57,717 nt of DNA from an uncultured virus (IMG/VR IMGVR_UViG_3300029319_000009) (taxonomy: Duplodnaviria; Heunggongvirae; Uroviricota; Caudoviricetes), in IMG/VR virus record IMGVR_UViG_3300029319_000009. One strand, given 5' to 3'. Below, one piece after another: positions 37,932-47,532 of the stretch. Position 1 is the stretch's first letter. Every line of letters begins with the position of its first letter. The translations under genes were made by a program, and so were the position numbers. A model generated the notes under the pieces. The model searched no databases. It had not been told where the DNA came from and was given only the letters and a program-made list of their open reading frames with translations.

Positions 37932-38591
37932 ATGGCTAACGAAAGACAAAACTTTACTAATCAAACTTTATCTAATTTACAAAAGTATTCACAAACTTTT
38001 AGTGCTCAATCTAAATTAGCAAGTGAGAATGTTTTTGTAGGTGCTCAGCAAGCATTTAGATTTTTTCTATTGATCAATGATATCCCTGCTGCTTACATCA
38101 CACAGGTTGACAGACCATCTTATACAATTCAAACACAAGAGCACATGCTACTAGATCATGTAGTCCGTTACCCAATTAGAGTTAAATGGGAACCAATTAG
38201 TTTCACAATTAGAGAGATCTTTAATGAGAATGGTGGATCTGTAGGTGGTAACATCTTAAACAAATTATTAGCACAGAGCTACTACTACCCTGATGATGTT
38301 AATAGTGCAGACGCTCCACAGTCTTTAACTAATGTGGTAAATCCAGCTTTAGCAGCTAGAGATCTAGTTTACGGAACAAAAAATTTATCAAAAGAAAACT
38401 TAATAAAAGCTCTTGGTAATGTTAAAATTGTTTCATTAGATCCAGATGGAAACACATTTGAATCATGGGAAATTTTCAATGGAATGATCACATCAGTTAA
38501 ATTTAGTCAGTTGCAATATTCATCTGATGCCTTAACTGAAATTGGAATTACCTTAGAATACGATTGGGCAAAGCTAACTTTGCGTCAATGA
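37932..38591 (+). CDS. Second tail tube-like protein (gp19/gp54 fold paralog)
   Basis: Aligns by eye to the upstream tube (IPAAYITQVDRPSY, KWEPISFT, ESWEI, LEYDWA). Confidence 0.8.
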   Translation: MANERQNFTNQTLSNLQKYSQTFSAQSKLASENVFVGAQQAFRFFLLINDIPAAYITQVDRPSYTIQTQEHMLLDHVVRYPIRVKWEPISFTIREIFNENGGSVGGNILNKLLAQSYYYPDDVNSADAPQSLTNVVNPALAARDLVYGTKNLSKENLIKALGNVKIVSLDPDGNTFESWEIFNGMITSVKFSQLQYSSDALTEIGITLEYDWAKLTLRQ

Positions 38592-38600
38592 GAGGAATAA

Positions 38601-39488
38601 ATGACAAGGAATAACGAGGGGAGAACTCAAATCCCCCCAGAACTGTTTGAACAGTTCATGAAGCAACAAGAAGAAAAGTTCACTCAACAAGCACCACAAC
38701 CACAATCAGAACCAGCACCAAACATGAACATTGGTGGCTACAGTGTTCCAACCGATTTTGTTGATTTGCCTTCACAGGGAAGATTCTACTCAGAAAATCA
38801 TCCATGGTTTAATAAGGACAAGGTTGAAGTTCGTTTTATGACGACAAAAGAAGAGGACATTATTACATCGCCTGTGTTGGCTCAGAAGGGCTTAACTTTC
38901 GATAAGCTAGTGGAGAGTGTCTGTGTCGATAGAATCGCGGCTAAGACCCTCTTACCGGGCGATAAAGCAGCAATTCTAATCAATTGTAGAAAGAACTCCT
39001 ATGGCGATGAGTATGAGTTTGATTCTTTTTGCTTAGCTTGTAATTCTCCATACATAAAGAAGATTAAGTTAAGCGAATTGTCAAATAAAGAAATAGACTA
39101 TTCAAGCTACAACATAACACAAGATAACACCTTTGTTGTGACAACACCCATCTCAAAGGTTTCAGTTGAGTTTAAGATGTATGATGCTGCTGATGAAGAG
39201 CACATTACAAAGCAGGCTGAGACCAGAAGGAAGCATAATTTACCAGAGGAAACTGTTGCCATCACCCACAGAAGAATGATTAAGTCTGTGAATAGTGATG
39301 CAAATCCAGCAGTCATTAACTCATTTGTGGGTTCCCTACTTTTAAAAGATTCAAGATTCCTTCAGAAATCTTATTTAGCGGTCAAACCAGATGTTGATTT
39401 AGTCCACGAGCACAAGTGTGTCGTTTGTGGTCATGAGAACAAAGGAGGTGTGCCTTTCGGGGCAGACTTTTTTTGGTCTGACGTCTGA
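38601..39488 (+). CDS. Baseplate hub / tail assembly chaperone (T4 gp26-like)
   Basis: VDLPSQG.FY, MTTKEEDI, GDKAAIL, two CxxC pairs and C-terminal FFW. Confidence 0.75.
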   Translation: MTRNNEGRTQIPPELFEQFMKQQEEKFTQQAPQPQSEPAPNMNIGGYSVPTDFVDLPSQGRFYSENHPWFNKDKVEVRFMTTKEEDIITSPVLAQKGLTFDKLVESVCVDRIAAKTLLPGDKAAILINCRKNSYGDEYEFDSFCLACNSPYIKKIKLSELSNKEIDYSSYNITQDNTFVVTTPISKVSVEFKMYDAADEEHITKQAETRRKHNLPEETVAITHRRMIKSVNSDANPAVINSFVGSLLLKDSRFLQKSYLAVKPDVDLVHEHKCVVCGHENKGGVPFGADFFWSDV

Positions 39489-39636
39489 GTACTCTAATCA
39501 AGTTTATGAACAAATGTTCCTAATCGTGATGCAAACAAATTTTACATTTACAGAGCTTTACAGTTTTACCATTTCATTAAGAAACTGGATTATTAATCGC
39601 ACAGTTAAGTATTTCAAAGAGTCAAAGAAACAATAA
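39472..39636 (+). CDS. Chaperone C-terminal extension (gp51/GT-like), possibly reached by frameshift
   Basis: The +1 frame is open across the T7 run at 39468-39474 (FFGLTSEY...ELYSFTISLRNWII). No convincing SD before its GTG or internal ATG. Confidence 0.55.
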   Translation, partial: FGLTSEYSNQVYEQMFLIVMQTNFTFTELYSFTISLRNWIINRTVKYFKESKKQ

Positions 39637-39649
39637 AGTCTTCTATTAT

Positions 39650-39656
39650 CTATTTA
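39650..39656 (+). promoter_or_regulatory. Putative late promoter motif variant (CTATTTA)
   Basis: Intergenic, before the GAGGA SD of the tape-measure-like gene. Confidence 0.55.
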
Positions 39657-39672
39657 GATAGAGGATTATTGT

Positions 39673-41106
39673 ATGGCAATTCCAGCATCACTAATTGAGT
39701 TAATCGTAAACAACCCTGAGAGCACCGCTATTGAGGCTCAAATAAACGCTTTAGATTCTACTGATAAAAAAGCAGCTAGAAAATTATTAGGTAACCAGCG
39801 AAAAATTAAAGCTGCTGCCAAAAAGTCTGGCGAGTCAATGGAGATGTTTGGTAAAAAAACCAAAGGAGCTTTTGGCGAGCTTGTTAGATTCCAAGGTGGC
39901 GTGAATGACGTTACCGCTGTTCTTCTTGGAGGGCAGGGGCTTTTAAGCACTCTTAACAACACAGTAGACACAATAGAGAAGTTTAGAATTCAACTCAACA
40001 GATTAGCTGTTGAAGATAGTAGATCTTTTATTATCTCTTTGCGCAGACAAAACGATGCATTGAGAGATTATGGTGTAACTTATGGCACTCTAATTCAAGT
40101 AACTGAAGCTTTTAGAAACAATTTAAATGAGTTGACATCTAGAACTTATGGTCAAAATGCTGATCGTCTAAGAGCAGTAGCTGCCATTAACGAGAGATTC
40201 GGTGTTACCGTTGGCCAGAGTGTAGACTTTTTAAATAACTTGAACAAGGGCTTCAACATTAGTGGTAGAGGGGCAGACAGATTCTCTAGAACTCTATTGA
40301 ATTTTGCAAGACAAACAGGTCAGCCATTTAATAAGGTGTTTCAAGACTTTAACTCTTCAATTGGTCAGTTCTTTGTTACTTTGGACTCCAGAAAAGCGTT
40401 GCAAAGATTCACAGTCTTCCAGCAGGCATCAAGAACCTTGGGAACGTCTGTGAACAGCCTCTTAGGAGTTGTTGATAAATTTGACACTCTAGAAGGGGCT
40501 TTTGAAACTGGCGGTCAAATTAACATGCTTTTATCTAACTTGGGTGGAACATTTGATGCCCAAAGAGCAATCTTGATGACCAGACCAGAAAGACTAAGAT
40601 ACTTGGCTGAAACTATTGCCGGTGTTGGTGGTCAAATTAGAGGAATGAGTGAGCTTGGTCAAAGAGCTATTATTCGCCAGCTTTCACAGACAACCGGCTT
40701 TGATGTTGGGACAATTAGACAGTTTATTGACAAGGGCGTTGGTGGCGATATTGATAGACTATTACAAAACTCTGAATCTTTAACTGCCATGACTGCTAAA
40801 GAACAGAAAAGATTGGCAGATGAAAACACAACAAGAAGAGAAAAGCAACAACAAGTAACTGATAGATTGATAAACGAAAACACACTTGCTTTGGAAAAGT
40901 TTGGACAAGCCACCGCGAGAGCATCTGTTGCATTACAAAATGCAGTCATCACCAAGTTCAGTGAATTGGTTCAGCCAGTAATGAATAATCTTGGAAACAA
41001 AGTTGGACAACTAGAGCAACAACTTAGGAAAGGACTAGACGTTACTGTTACCGGTACTGTTCAAAATGAGAGAATTACACTCAGAGGCAGTGGTGGTGTC
41101 AGATAG
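39673..41106 (+). CDS. Tape measure protein (putative, 477 aa)
   Basis: Helical Ala/Gly/Gln-rich protein in the canonical position after tube and chaperone genes. Confidence 0.7.
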   Translation: MAIPASLIELIVNNPESTAIEAQINALDSTDKKAARKLLGNQRKIKAAAKKSGESMEMFGKKTKGAFGELVRFQGGVNDVTAVLLGGQGLLSTLNNTVDTIEKFRIQLNRLAVEDSRSFIISLRRQNDALRDYGVTYGTLIQVTEAFRNNLNELTSRTYGQNADRLRAVAAINERFGVTVGQSVDFLNNLNKGFNISGRGADRFSRTLLNFARQTGQPFNKVFQDFNSSIGQFFVTLDSRKALQRFTVFQQASRTLGTSVNSLLGVVDKFDTLEGAFETGGQINMLLSNLGGTFDAQRAILMTRPERLRYLAETIAGVGGQIRGMSELGQRAIIRQLSQTTGFDVGTIRQFIDKGVGGDIDRLLQNSESLTAMTAKEQKRLADENTTRREKQQQVTDRLINENTLALEKFGQATARASVALQNAVITKFSELVQPVMNNLGNKVGQLEQQLRKGLDVTVTGTVQNERITLRGSGGVR

Positions 41107-41118
41107 GAGATGAATTAA

Positions 41119-41970
41119 ATGCCACATCAAAAAACTTTTGGAGCAGTAAGAAGTCAAGCAAATCAAATCGCTGCTTTACAAGAGGATAGAAAATTAAGCA
41201 CTGGACCAAGTGAGGAAAGAGAATTACGCACTAAGTTTCCTTTTGCTAACGTTTATTTGGAGTTTCCCACTACTGGTGAGACAGCAATCTTTCCTGCTTA
41301 CATGAAATCATTTCAAGACAATTTTAGTCCACAATTTGCCGCTGTGCAGGTCTTTGGTCGCCAAGATGACATTCCAGTCTATCAATCAACAAAGAGGTCC
41401 ATAAGCTTTACGCTTACCATGCCAGCCTATAACGAAACACACGCAAGAGACATTCTTGGAGACATTAACACGATCGTAAAGAACCTTTACCCAAGCTACT
41501 TAAGAACAGAGATCAACAAGACTAGAATTATCAACTCGCCACCATTAATCAGAGTTAAGTTTGCAAACTTAATTTGTGATTATACAAACCCAACAAGAGG
41601 ATTGCTTGGCTATGTCAATGGTGCAGTTAACATTACTCATGGAATTGACACTAATGGTGTTTTTGTAGTTCAGGGTGAAGATGGTGCCGATGGATCAATT
41701 TACGTTAAAACTTATGAAGTCTCATTTCAGATGAGCGTGCTTCACGAAGAAACACCAGGATTTGATCCAGATACTGGTGGATTTATTGAAAGCGATCAGT
41801 TCCCCTACGCCCTTCAAGGTGATTCAACAGTATTTGCCGCTCAGCAAAGTGATGGAATTGCAAACGCCATCGCTGTGGCAGAGGGCATCTCAACAATAGC
41901 TGGTGGTGTTTCTAACTTTATAGGAAATCAAATTTCAAAAATTGATAGTATTATTACTTCAGAAAAATAG
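41119..41970 (+). CDS. Baseplate tube-initiator-like protein
   Basis: FQDNFSP.F...VFGRQD.I..YQ.T.R.ISF...LYP...PPLIRVKF pattern typical of contractile-tail initiators. Confidence 0.65.
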   Translation: MPHQKTFGAVRSQANQIAALQEDRKLSTGPSEERELRTKFPFANVYLEFPTTGETAIFPAYMKSFQDNFSPQFAAVQVFGRQDDIPVYQSTKRSISFTLTMPAYNETHARDILGDINTIVKNLYPSYLRTEINKTRIINSPPLIRVKFANLICDYTNPTRGLLGYVNGAVNITHGIDTNGVFVVQGEDGADGSIYVKTYEVSFQMSVLHEETPGFDPDTGGFIESDQFPYALQGDSTVFAAQQSDGIANAIAVAEGISTIAGGVSNFIGNQISKIDSIITSEK

Positions 41971-41979
41971 GTGAATTTT

Positions 41980-42324
41980 ATGGCTATTTCAAGATACAAA
42001 GATGCAGTTGAGTTTATAAATGCCACAGAAGGCTATAAGAAAACATTCAAAAATCGTTATGGTGAAAAAGGAATTAGACAATTTTCATATGGAACCTTGA
42101 CATATCCTACTCAAGAAGATTATAATAACATTGAAGCTGCTTCTGTAGTATGGAAAGTTGGAGACCGTTTTTATAAATTAGCTGGTGAATATTACGGATC
42201 TTCTGAGTTGTGGTGGATCATTGCTTGGTTTAATAAGAAGCCAACAGAACAACATGTTAAACTTGGAGAAGTTATTTTAGTTCCTTTATTTTTAGACGAA
42301 GCTTTAAGCGTTTTTGGTTTATAA
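41980..42324 (+). CDS. LysM-like baseplate protein (gp53/gpX-like)
   Basis: WKVGDRFYKLAGEYYG...LWWIIA.FN...GE.I..P. Start placed at the ATG at 41980 after AGGTG. Confidence 0.8.
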   Translation: MAISRYKDAVEFINATEGYKKTFKNRYGEKGIRQFSYGTLTYPTQEDYNNIEAASVVWKVGDRFYKLAGEYYGSSELWWIIAWFNKKPTEQHVKLGEVILVPLFLDEALSVFGL

Positions 42325-42325
42325 G

Positions 42326-45067
42326 ATGACGAAAAAGACAAATGCACCATCATTAAATTTGTTCTTTCCCGCTGTTGAAGGTGGTTTAGACAAGCAGCAG
42401 TTTATCTCTGACATTTTCATGCCTCAGATTTCTAGAGGCACTTCTAAATCAAATAGAAGCGGCCTAGCCAAAATGATTTATGATGATGATCTGCCAAAGA
42501 GTGTTGTGGGCGGTTTAGATGAGAAGGTCCACAAGAAGATAATTCAAAAGCGACCAATTGGTAAAGAAAAGATTGTTTCATTCAACGCCGATTATCATCA
42601 GGACTTTGAAGAATCATTTTCAGCAAACAAAGAAAGAAACTTTTATGATCAGCAAAAATATAACGAATACGTTAAATTTATGATAAATGTTGGTACAGAA
42701 GAACTAGCAGTGATGCAGCCTTTTGTAAAATTAATTTACAGATACAGACAAAATGCCGGTGATGATTGGCAAGAAATTGTTATGCCTTTCCCATCTTTTA
42801 CTACAGAGAAAGAATATTTACCAATCTTTACACCAAAGTTTGCAAGAGGTGATGGATCAGGCATTGAAAACATTACAGTTAATCGTCAGTTTCCAGCATT
42901 TGGCAATCTACTCCACGTTACAGTAGATATTAATTACTTTTTTCAAAACTTAGGAATTCTAACAAGAAAACAACAGTTCCCAGGAAAAAATTTACCAGGA
43001 AACTTTACCTTTTTAAAAACTTTAGCTCTTTTGCCACAAGATACTGAACAGCTAGTTTTGGAATACGGCTACTCATTAAATACAAAGTTTACAGACCCAA
43101 CAATTATCCCACCAGCACTTCAAGAAGAGATCATAAGAAGAGAAACTAAAAGATTTGTAATTCGTTACATGAAGCACAGTTTTGATATTGAGCAGAATGG
43201 TACCGTTAAATTATCAGTTTCTTACACCTCTCAACAAGACTTTGATGTTTTAAAGAACAAAGCAGACATTTCTTTACCAGGAAGTAAAATCAACATCTCA
43301 TCTTTATCACCTTCAGGCGGTGAGAGAACAAAACAATACTTAAATGCTTACGCCGCTAAAGTGAAAAAGAGAGATGAGCTTGAAGAACAGCTAAGAAAAA
43401 TAAAAGTAGAGACGGAAAAAAGAAGAAGCGCTTCTGTGATAAAAGGTTTGTCGCAATCTAAGTCTGCCAATACTAAAATTGAAGCAAAAAGAACAAGGTT
43501 GGTACAAGAGGTAAAAGATCTTAATGTTGAAATCAATACTTTAAAAGATAAAATAACTCCATTAGCCAAGCCTCTATTTGTTGATGATATGATTAATCAC
43601 ATGGACGTTTTTAAAATTAATTTTAAATCAACGGCAGTGGATCCTAACAAAGACGGTCAAAGAGATTTTAAGTTAGATGCATTTTTAAATTTAGTCACAA
43701 AGGATACCGATGGACTGAAAGATGTAGAATTGTCAAAAATGACAACCAAGTTTTCCTCAGAGGAGTTTAGAAATAATTTAACACTTGATTTGTTGAATGG
43801 CAAAACAAGAGAAGAAAAAATAACGCTAGTTGATAACTTAGCTGGCACACTTTTTAACTTGCCAAAAGGTTTAAACGATAAAGGTAAAAAGTTTGGTGAC
43901 ACAATCTTTTTCTCCGTAAGAGCATTAATTGCTTCTGCTTACAGGCAATTAGATGATAATGAAAAGAAAGTTTCACCATATATTAGTTTAGGGAATATTG
44001 ATGCTCGTTCTTTGGGAAAAGATTATTCTATTAATATGGGTGATGTCTTAGTTGAATTAAGCTACTTTCAAAAATGGTATTATGAGAACTATACAAGAAA
44101 AGGTAGATTGATTTACACTTTTGGCGAATTTGTTACGGACATTACCAAAATAATGATTCCCGATATTTTACAAAACAATGGAATTAATTTATTTGGTAAT
44201 ACAAGAGTTGGTACGGTACAGAGGATTAATTATCTTACGACTCTAAAGCCTAATGAGAAGTCAACAAAAGAATTGTTTAAAAATGTTTATTTATCTAATA
44301 ATAAAGATAATTTAAGAAAACTTGCTTCAAGCGTCAATCGCACCTCAGAGACAAAAACAACCAAAAATTTATTATCATTCATTCACTACACTTTAGTAAG
44401 GAATCCAAGTAATCAAAACACTAGCCCTTATTTAAAAAGAGTTACAGCCAAAACTAATTTCAATGAAGATATGGACGTAGCCCAGGGCATTCCACACATT
44501 AAAGTAGGTGCTGACGATGGCTTGCTCAAAAATATTAATTTTGTAGCTTCAGATTTTCCTGGTATGCGAATGGCGCTATGGGCACAAAACTTAACTGATA
44601 GCGCAGAAAACTTGCTAAGATACTACTACAGTACAAATGTACAAACTATCGGAAACAACATTTTCTTTAAGGGAGGATTTTTTGGCATTCCACCAAATTT
44701 ACTTGGGATTGAAAATGATGAATTTGACCCTGGCATTTCTGGATATTATGTAATTCAAAAGGTTAGTGATACACTAAGTTTGGGTAATTACACAACACAA
44801 TTGTATGGCTCATGGGTTACTAATCCAAGGCTTAATCAGGGTAAGACAGGAACTGCCGAACAAGAAGATAAGCTTAACAGAGTTACGCCAATTCAAGCAA
44901 AGCTTTCTATCGTCAATTACTTAGAAGAGTTATTAAGACTAGACATTGCAACATTGAAAAAGAATGGACTAGGTGCTAACTTTAAGCTCATTAAGAAGCC
45001 CACGGTAGATAAGCTGCCACCACAAAACGATATTTACAAAGACATTAAGGAGAATCTAAATGGCTAG
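42326..45067 (+). CDS. Baseplate hub-like protein (putative)
   Basis: Follows the LysM gene. LVLEYGY and C-terminal GN..F..G...SGYYVIQKVSD...YTT resemble hub folds. Confidence 0.55.
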   Translation: MTKKTNAPSLNLFFPAVEGGLDKQQFISDIFMPQISRGTSKSNRSGLAKMIYDDDLPKSVVGGLDEKVHKKIIQKRPIGKEKIVSFNADYHQDFEESFSANKERNFYDQQKYNEYVKFMINVGTEELAVMQPFVKLIYRYRQNAGDDWQEIVMPFPSFTTEKEYLPIFTPKFARGDGSGIENITVNRQFPAFGNLLHVTVDINYFFQNLGILTRKQQFPGKNLPGNFTFLKTLALLPQDTEQLVLEYGYSLNTKFTDPTIIPPALQEEIIRRETKRFVIRYMKHSFDIEQNGTVKLSVSYTSQQDFDVLKNKADISLPGSKINISSLSPSGGERTKQYLNAYAAKVKKRDELEEQLRKIKVETEKRRSASVIKGLSQSKSANTKIEAKRTRLVQEVKDLNVEINTLKDKITPLAKPLFVDDMINHMDVFKINFKSTAVDPNKDGQRDFKLDAFLNLVTKDTDGLKDVELSKMTTKFSSEEFRNNLTLDLLNGKTREEKITLVDNLAGTLFNLPKGLNDKGKKFGDTIFFSVRALIASAYRQLDDNEKKVSPYISLGNIDARSLGKDYSINMGDVLVELSYFQKWYYENYTRKGRLIYTFGEFVTDITKIMIPDILQNNGINLFGNTRVGTVQRINYLTTLKPNEKSTKELFKNVYLSNNKDNLRKLASSVNRTSETKTTKNLLSFIHYTLVRNPSNQNTSPYLKRVTAKTNFNEDMDVAQGIPHIKVGADDGLLKNINFVASDFPGMRMALWAQNLTDSAENLLRYYYSTNVQTIGNNIFFKGGFFGIPPNLLGIENDEFDPGISGYYVIQKVSDTLSLGNYTTQLYGSWVTNPRLNQGKTGTAEQEDKLNRVTPIQAKLSIVNYLEELLRLDIATLKKNGLGANFKLIKKPTVDKLPPQNDIYKDIKENLNG

Positions 45068-46361
45068 AGTTCCTTTTGGAAATAACAATTCAGATTCTGC
45101 AACGATTTACAAGAGTCGTGATTTGTATGAAGAATTTTTTCCTGATGAGATTGTTACAATTGACTTATGGAACACTATTCCACTTTATGGAAAAGTTAAT
45201 GATGAGGGAGCACCAGTATTCCCAAAAGAATCTCAACTGGGATACATTTCTAGACCCACAGACAATCTGCAATTAGCGGTTCTAAACTTTGTAGCAAACG
45301 CATTTAATAAAATGCGAGACCATTATGGTTTTATTTTTAAGACAAACCCAGAGATTGGACCAAGCCCATTTTTTAGTAATGATTTACAGCCAACTCGTGC
45401 ATGGGAGAGCCCACTTCAGGCTTATGGAAACTACATTCAAGATTTTTATGATGAATTTTTTAACAGTATTTTAGCTCCACTTGGAGACTCTAAAGACATA
45501 AGAAACTTTGATGATTTTGTAAAAATTCTTTTAGAATATGTGACAAATGAAAGAAAAGCCATTACTAGAATGGCACATGGCGAGTCAGCAAAAACAAGCA
45601 TATTAAATACTGGTTTGGCTATTGAGATATTTGATGGTGATTACGGTGATGATTCACAAGCTGCTTCTTTTATTAATGATCCAAACTACCCAGTTTATGA
45701 AGAATTGTGTAGAAAGTACGGCTTTAAAGTTGATAAAAACATCCCATGGAGAATGATAGCAAACATTAAAAGTCATAATTTATCACCCTTTATTAGAGAA
45801 AGGTTCTCAGTAGCTTTGGGACCTTTTAGACCAAGAGATGTTTTTAAGCAGTTTTTCAATGAGTATAATACAATTGTTTTCTTTGAAGAGTTTGTAGATT
45901 ATTTAAAAATCTTTTATACTACCTTTTATCAATCTAATCAGACTTATAAGGAACCAGTATTTAACACAGATCCTTTCTGTAAAGGTTTATCTTACCGAAC
46001 AATGGAAAGAGAAAGTCCGCTCTCTCCCAATGTCACCAAGTCACTAGAAGAGAATTTATTGCTATTCTATAAATTTAGATTAGCTGAGCTTGGTTTACAA
46101 GCCACTAAGCAAAGACAATCTTTCCATGTTAAAAATTTAATTTCTATCATTCGCTCGCTAAAAGATAAAACAGTGGCAACAGAGAAAGCGCTTGAATACA
46201 TTCAGTACAATTTGGGAACAACAGCTTTCCGTGAGGTGTCGTTGGACGAAAACAACTTGACAAGAACCAACGATGGTGTTACTATGTCTGCACAAGACCA
46301 GTTCGACAAGAGGACCGGTGAAAACAGCAGGTATTTAACAGATGATCTTTCAAGTTCTTGA
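45060..46361 (+). CDS. Hypothetical protein (433 aa)
   Basis: AAGGAG SD. Last gene of the tail operon. No family recognised. Confidence 0.55.
   Translation: MARVPFGNNNSDSATIYKSRDLYEEFFPDEIVTIDLWNTIPLYGKVNDEGAPVFPKESQLGYISRPTDNLQLAVLNFVANAFNKMRDHYGFIFKTNPEIGPSPFFSNDLQPTRAWESPLQAYGNYIQDFYDEFFNSILAPLGDSKDIRNFDDFVKILLEYVTNERKAITRMAHGESAKTSILNTGLAIEIFDGDYGDDSQAASFINDPNYPVYEELCRKYGFKVDKNIPWRMIANIKSHNLSPFIRERFSVALGPFRPRDVFKQFFNEYNTIVFFEEFVDYLKIFYTTFYQSNQTYKEPVFNTDPFCKGLSYRTMERESPLSPNVTKSLEENLLLFYKFRLAELGLQATKQRQSFHVKNLISIIRSLKDKTVATEKALEYIQYNLGTTAFREVSLDENNLTRTNDGVTMSAQDQFDKRTGENSRYLTDDLSSS
46257..46285 (+). promoter_or_regulatory. Sigma70-type promoter for the replication operon
   Basis: TTGACA (46257-46262), 17 nt, TACTAT with an extended -10 TG. 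Confidence 0.65.
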
Positions 46362-47532
46362 TAACAAGATTGAGTGTGTCGGCTACTACAGTGACGGCAA
46401 AATCTACAAAGAAGATGTTGGACATGGCTTTAGCCAGACTTGGGATAGCTCTCCTAACTTTATGTCTAGTGCTGTAGACTATGCAAAGATCTATGCAGGG
46501 GTGGATAGTATAGATGATGTCCCACTACCGGACCACCTCCACCATAGGTGGCAGCACTCCACCAAACGGATGAAGTCGTTTATCAAATCACTAGGTAAAG
46601 CCAAGGTCAGTCTAGACGACCACTGCTTCTACGATCTAGTTCCAGACAAGTTCCTCGCAGACTTTTATGAGGACAAGACAGAGATTACAAAGTTTGTGTT
46701 TGAAAACTTTAGTAAGCCTGCTAACTATTCTTTCTTAAAAGAAGTTAACTTGCTTTTAACCAAAATCTCTGGTCAAAAGCTAATCATTGATAAAAGCAAG
46801 CTGAATCAGCGATTTATGAAGAAGACTGACTTTGTTGCCGTTCAAAAGTTCTTAAACAGTAGCAACAAAATCAGCTACAACATCTTCAAGTCCAAGACGG
46901 GTCGCCTCTCTACTCAGAAAAATAGCTTTCCAATCTTGGCTTTTGATAAAAGGTTTCGTCAAATCTTGAAGCCACATAACCACTGGTTCTTAGAGCTAGA
47001 CTTCAATGCGAATGAACTTCGTGTTCTACAGGCTCTAAATGGTGTAGAACAGCCAAAAGAAGACATCCACGACTGGAACATCAAGAATATATTTGGAAGC
47101 GGTACAGAGCGATCTGAAGCGAAGAAACGAGCTTTCGCTTGGCTCTACAATCCTAACTCTGAAGATACCGCGATGTCTAAATTTTACAATAAAGATAAGA
47201 TTTTGTCAACCTACTACAAGGACGGCATCATCACTACACCTTTTGATCGTAAGATTCCTAGCGATGATTTCCATGCTCTAAACTACCTAATTCAGAGCAC
47301 AGCTTCAGACGTGTGCTTAACTCAAGCAATCAAGTTAGATAAGCTACTAAACAACAGGAAAAGCTACATTACGGCAGTCATTCATGATTCAGTCTTAATT
47401 GATTATAATGAGGACGATAGAGAACTTTTGAAAGATCTTGTAGAGACTTACGGCAACACTGACTTTGGAGAGTTTAAGGTCAACATCGCTGCTGGTGTAA
47501 ACTATGGAGAAATGAAAGAATTATGCAGGTGA
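46342..47532 (+). CDS. Miniature family A DNA polymerase-like protein
   Basis: TGRLS, motif A DFNANELRVL, motif B RSEAKKRAFAWLY, NYLIQSTASD and motif C IHDS. Only 396 aa. Confidence 0.85.
   Translation: MIFQVLDNKIECVGYYSDGKIYKEDVGHGFSQTWDSSPNFMSSAVDYAKIYAGVDSIDDVPLPDHLHHRWQHSTKRMKSFIKSLGKAKVSLDDHCFYDLVPDKFLADFYEDKTEITKFVFENFSKPANYSFLKEVNLLLTKISGQKLIIDKSKLNQRFMKKTDFVAVQKFLNSSNKISYNIFKSKTGRLSTQKNSFPILAFDKRFRQILKPHNHWFLELDFNANELRVLQALNGVEQPKEDIHDWNIKNIFGSGTERSEAKKRAFAWLYNPNSEDTAMSKFYNKDKILSTYYKDGIITTPFDRKIPSDDFHALNYLIQSTASDVCLTQAIKLDKLLNNRKSYITAVIHDSVLIDYNEDDRELLKDLVETYGNTDFGEFKVNIAAGVNYGEMKELCR

Noticed and set aside
34423..45067. Extracellular contractile injection system or tailocin
   Set aside because: Terminase, portal, protease, capsid, replication genes and tRNAs are linked, so this is a phage.
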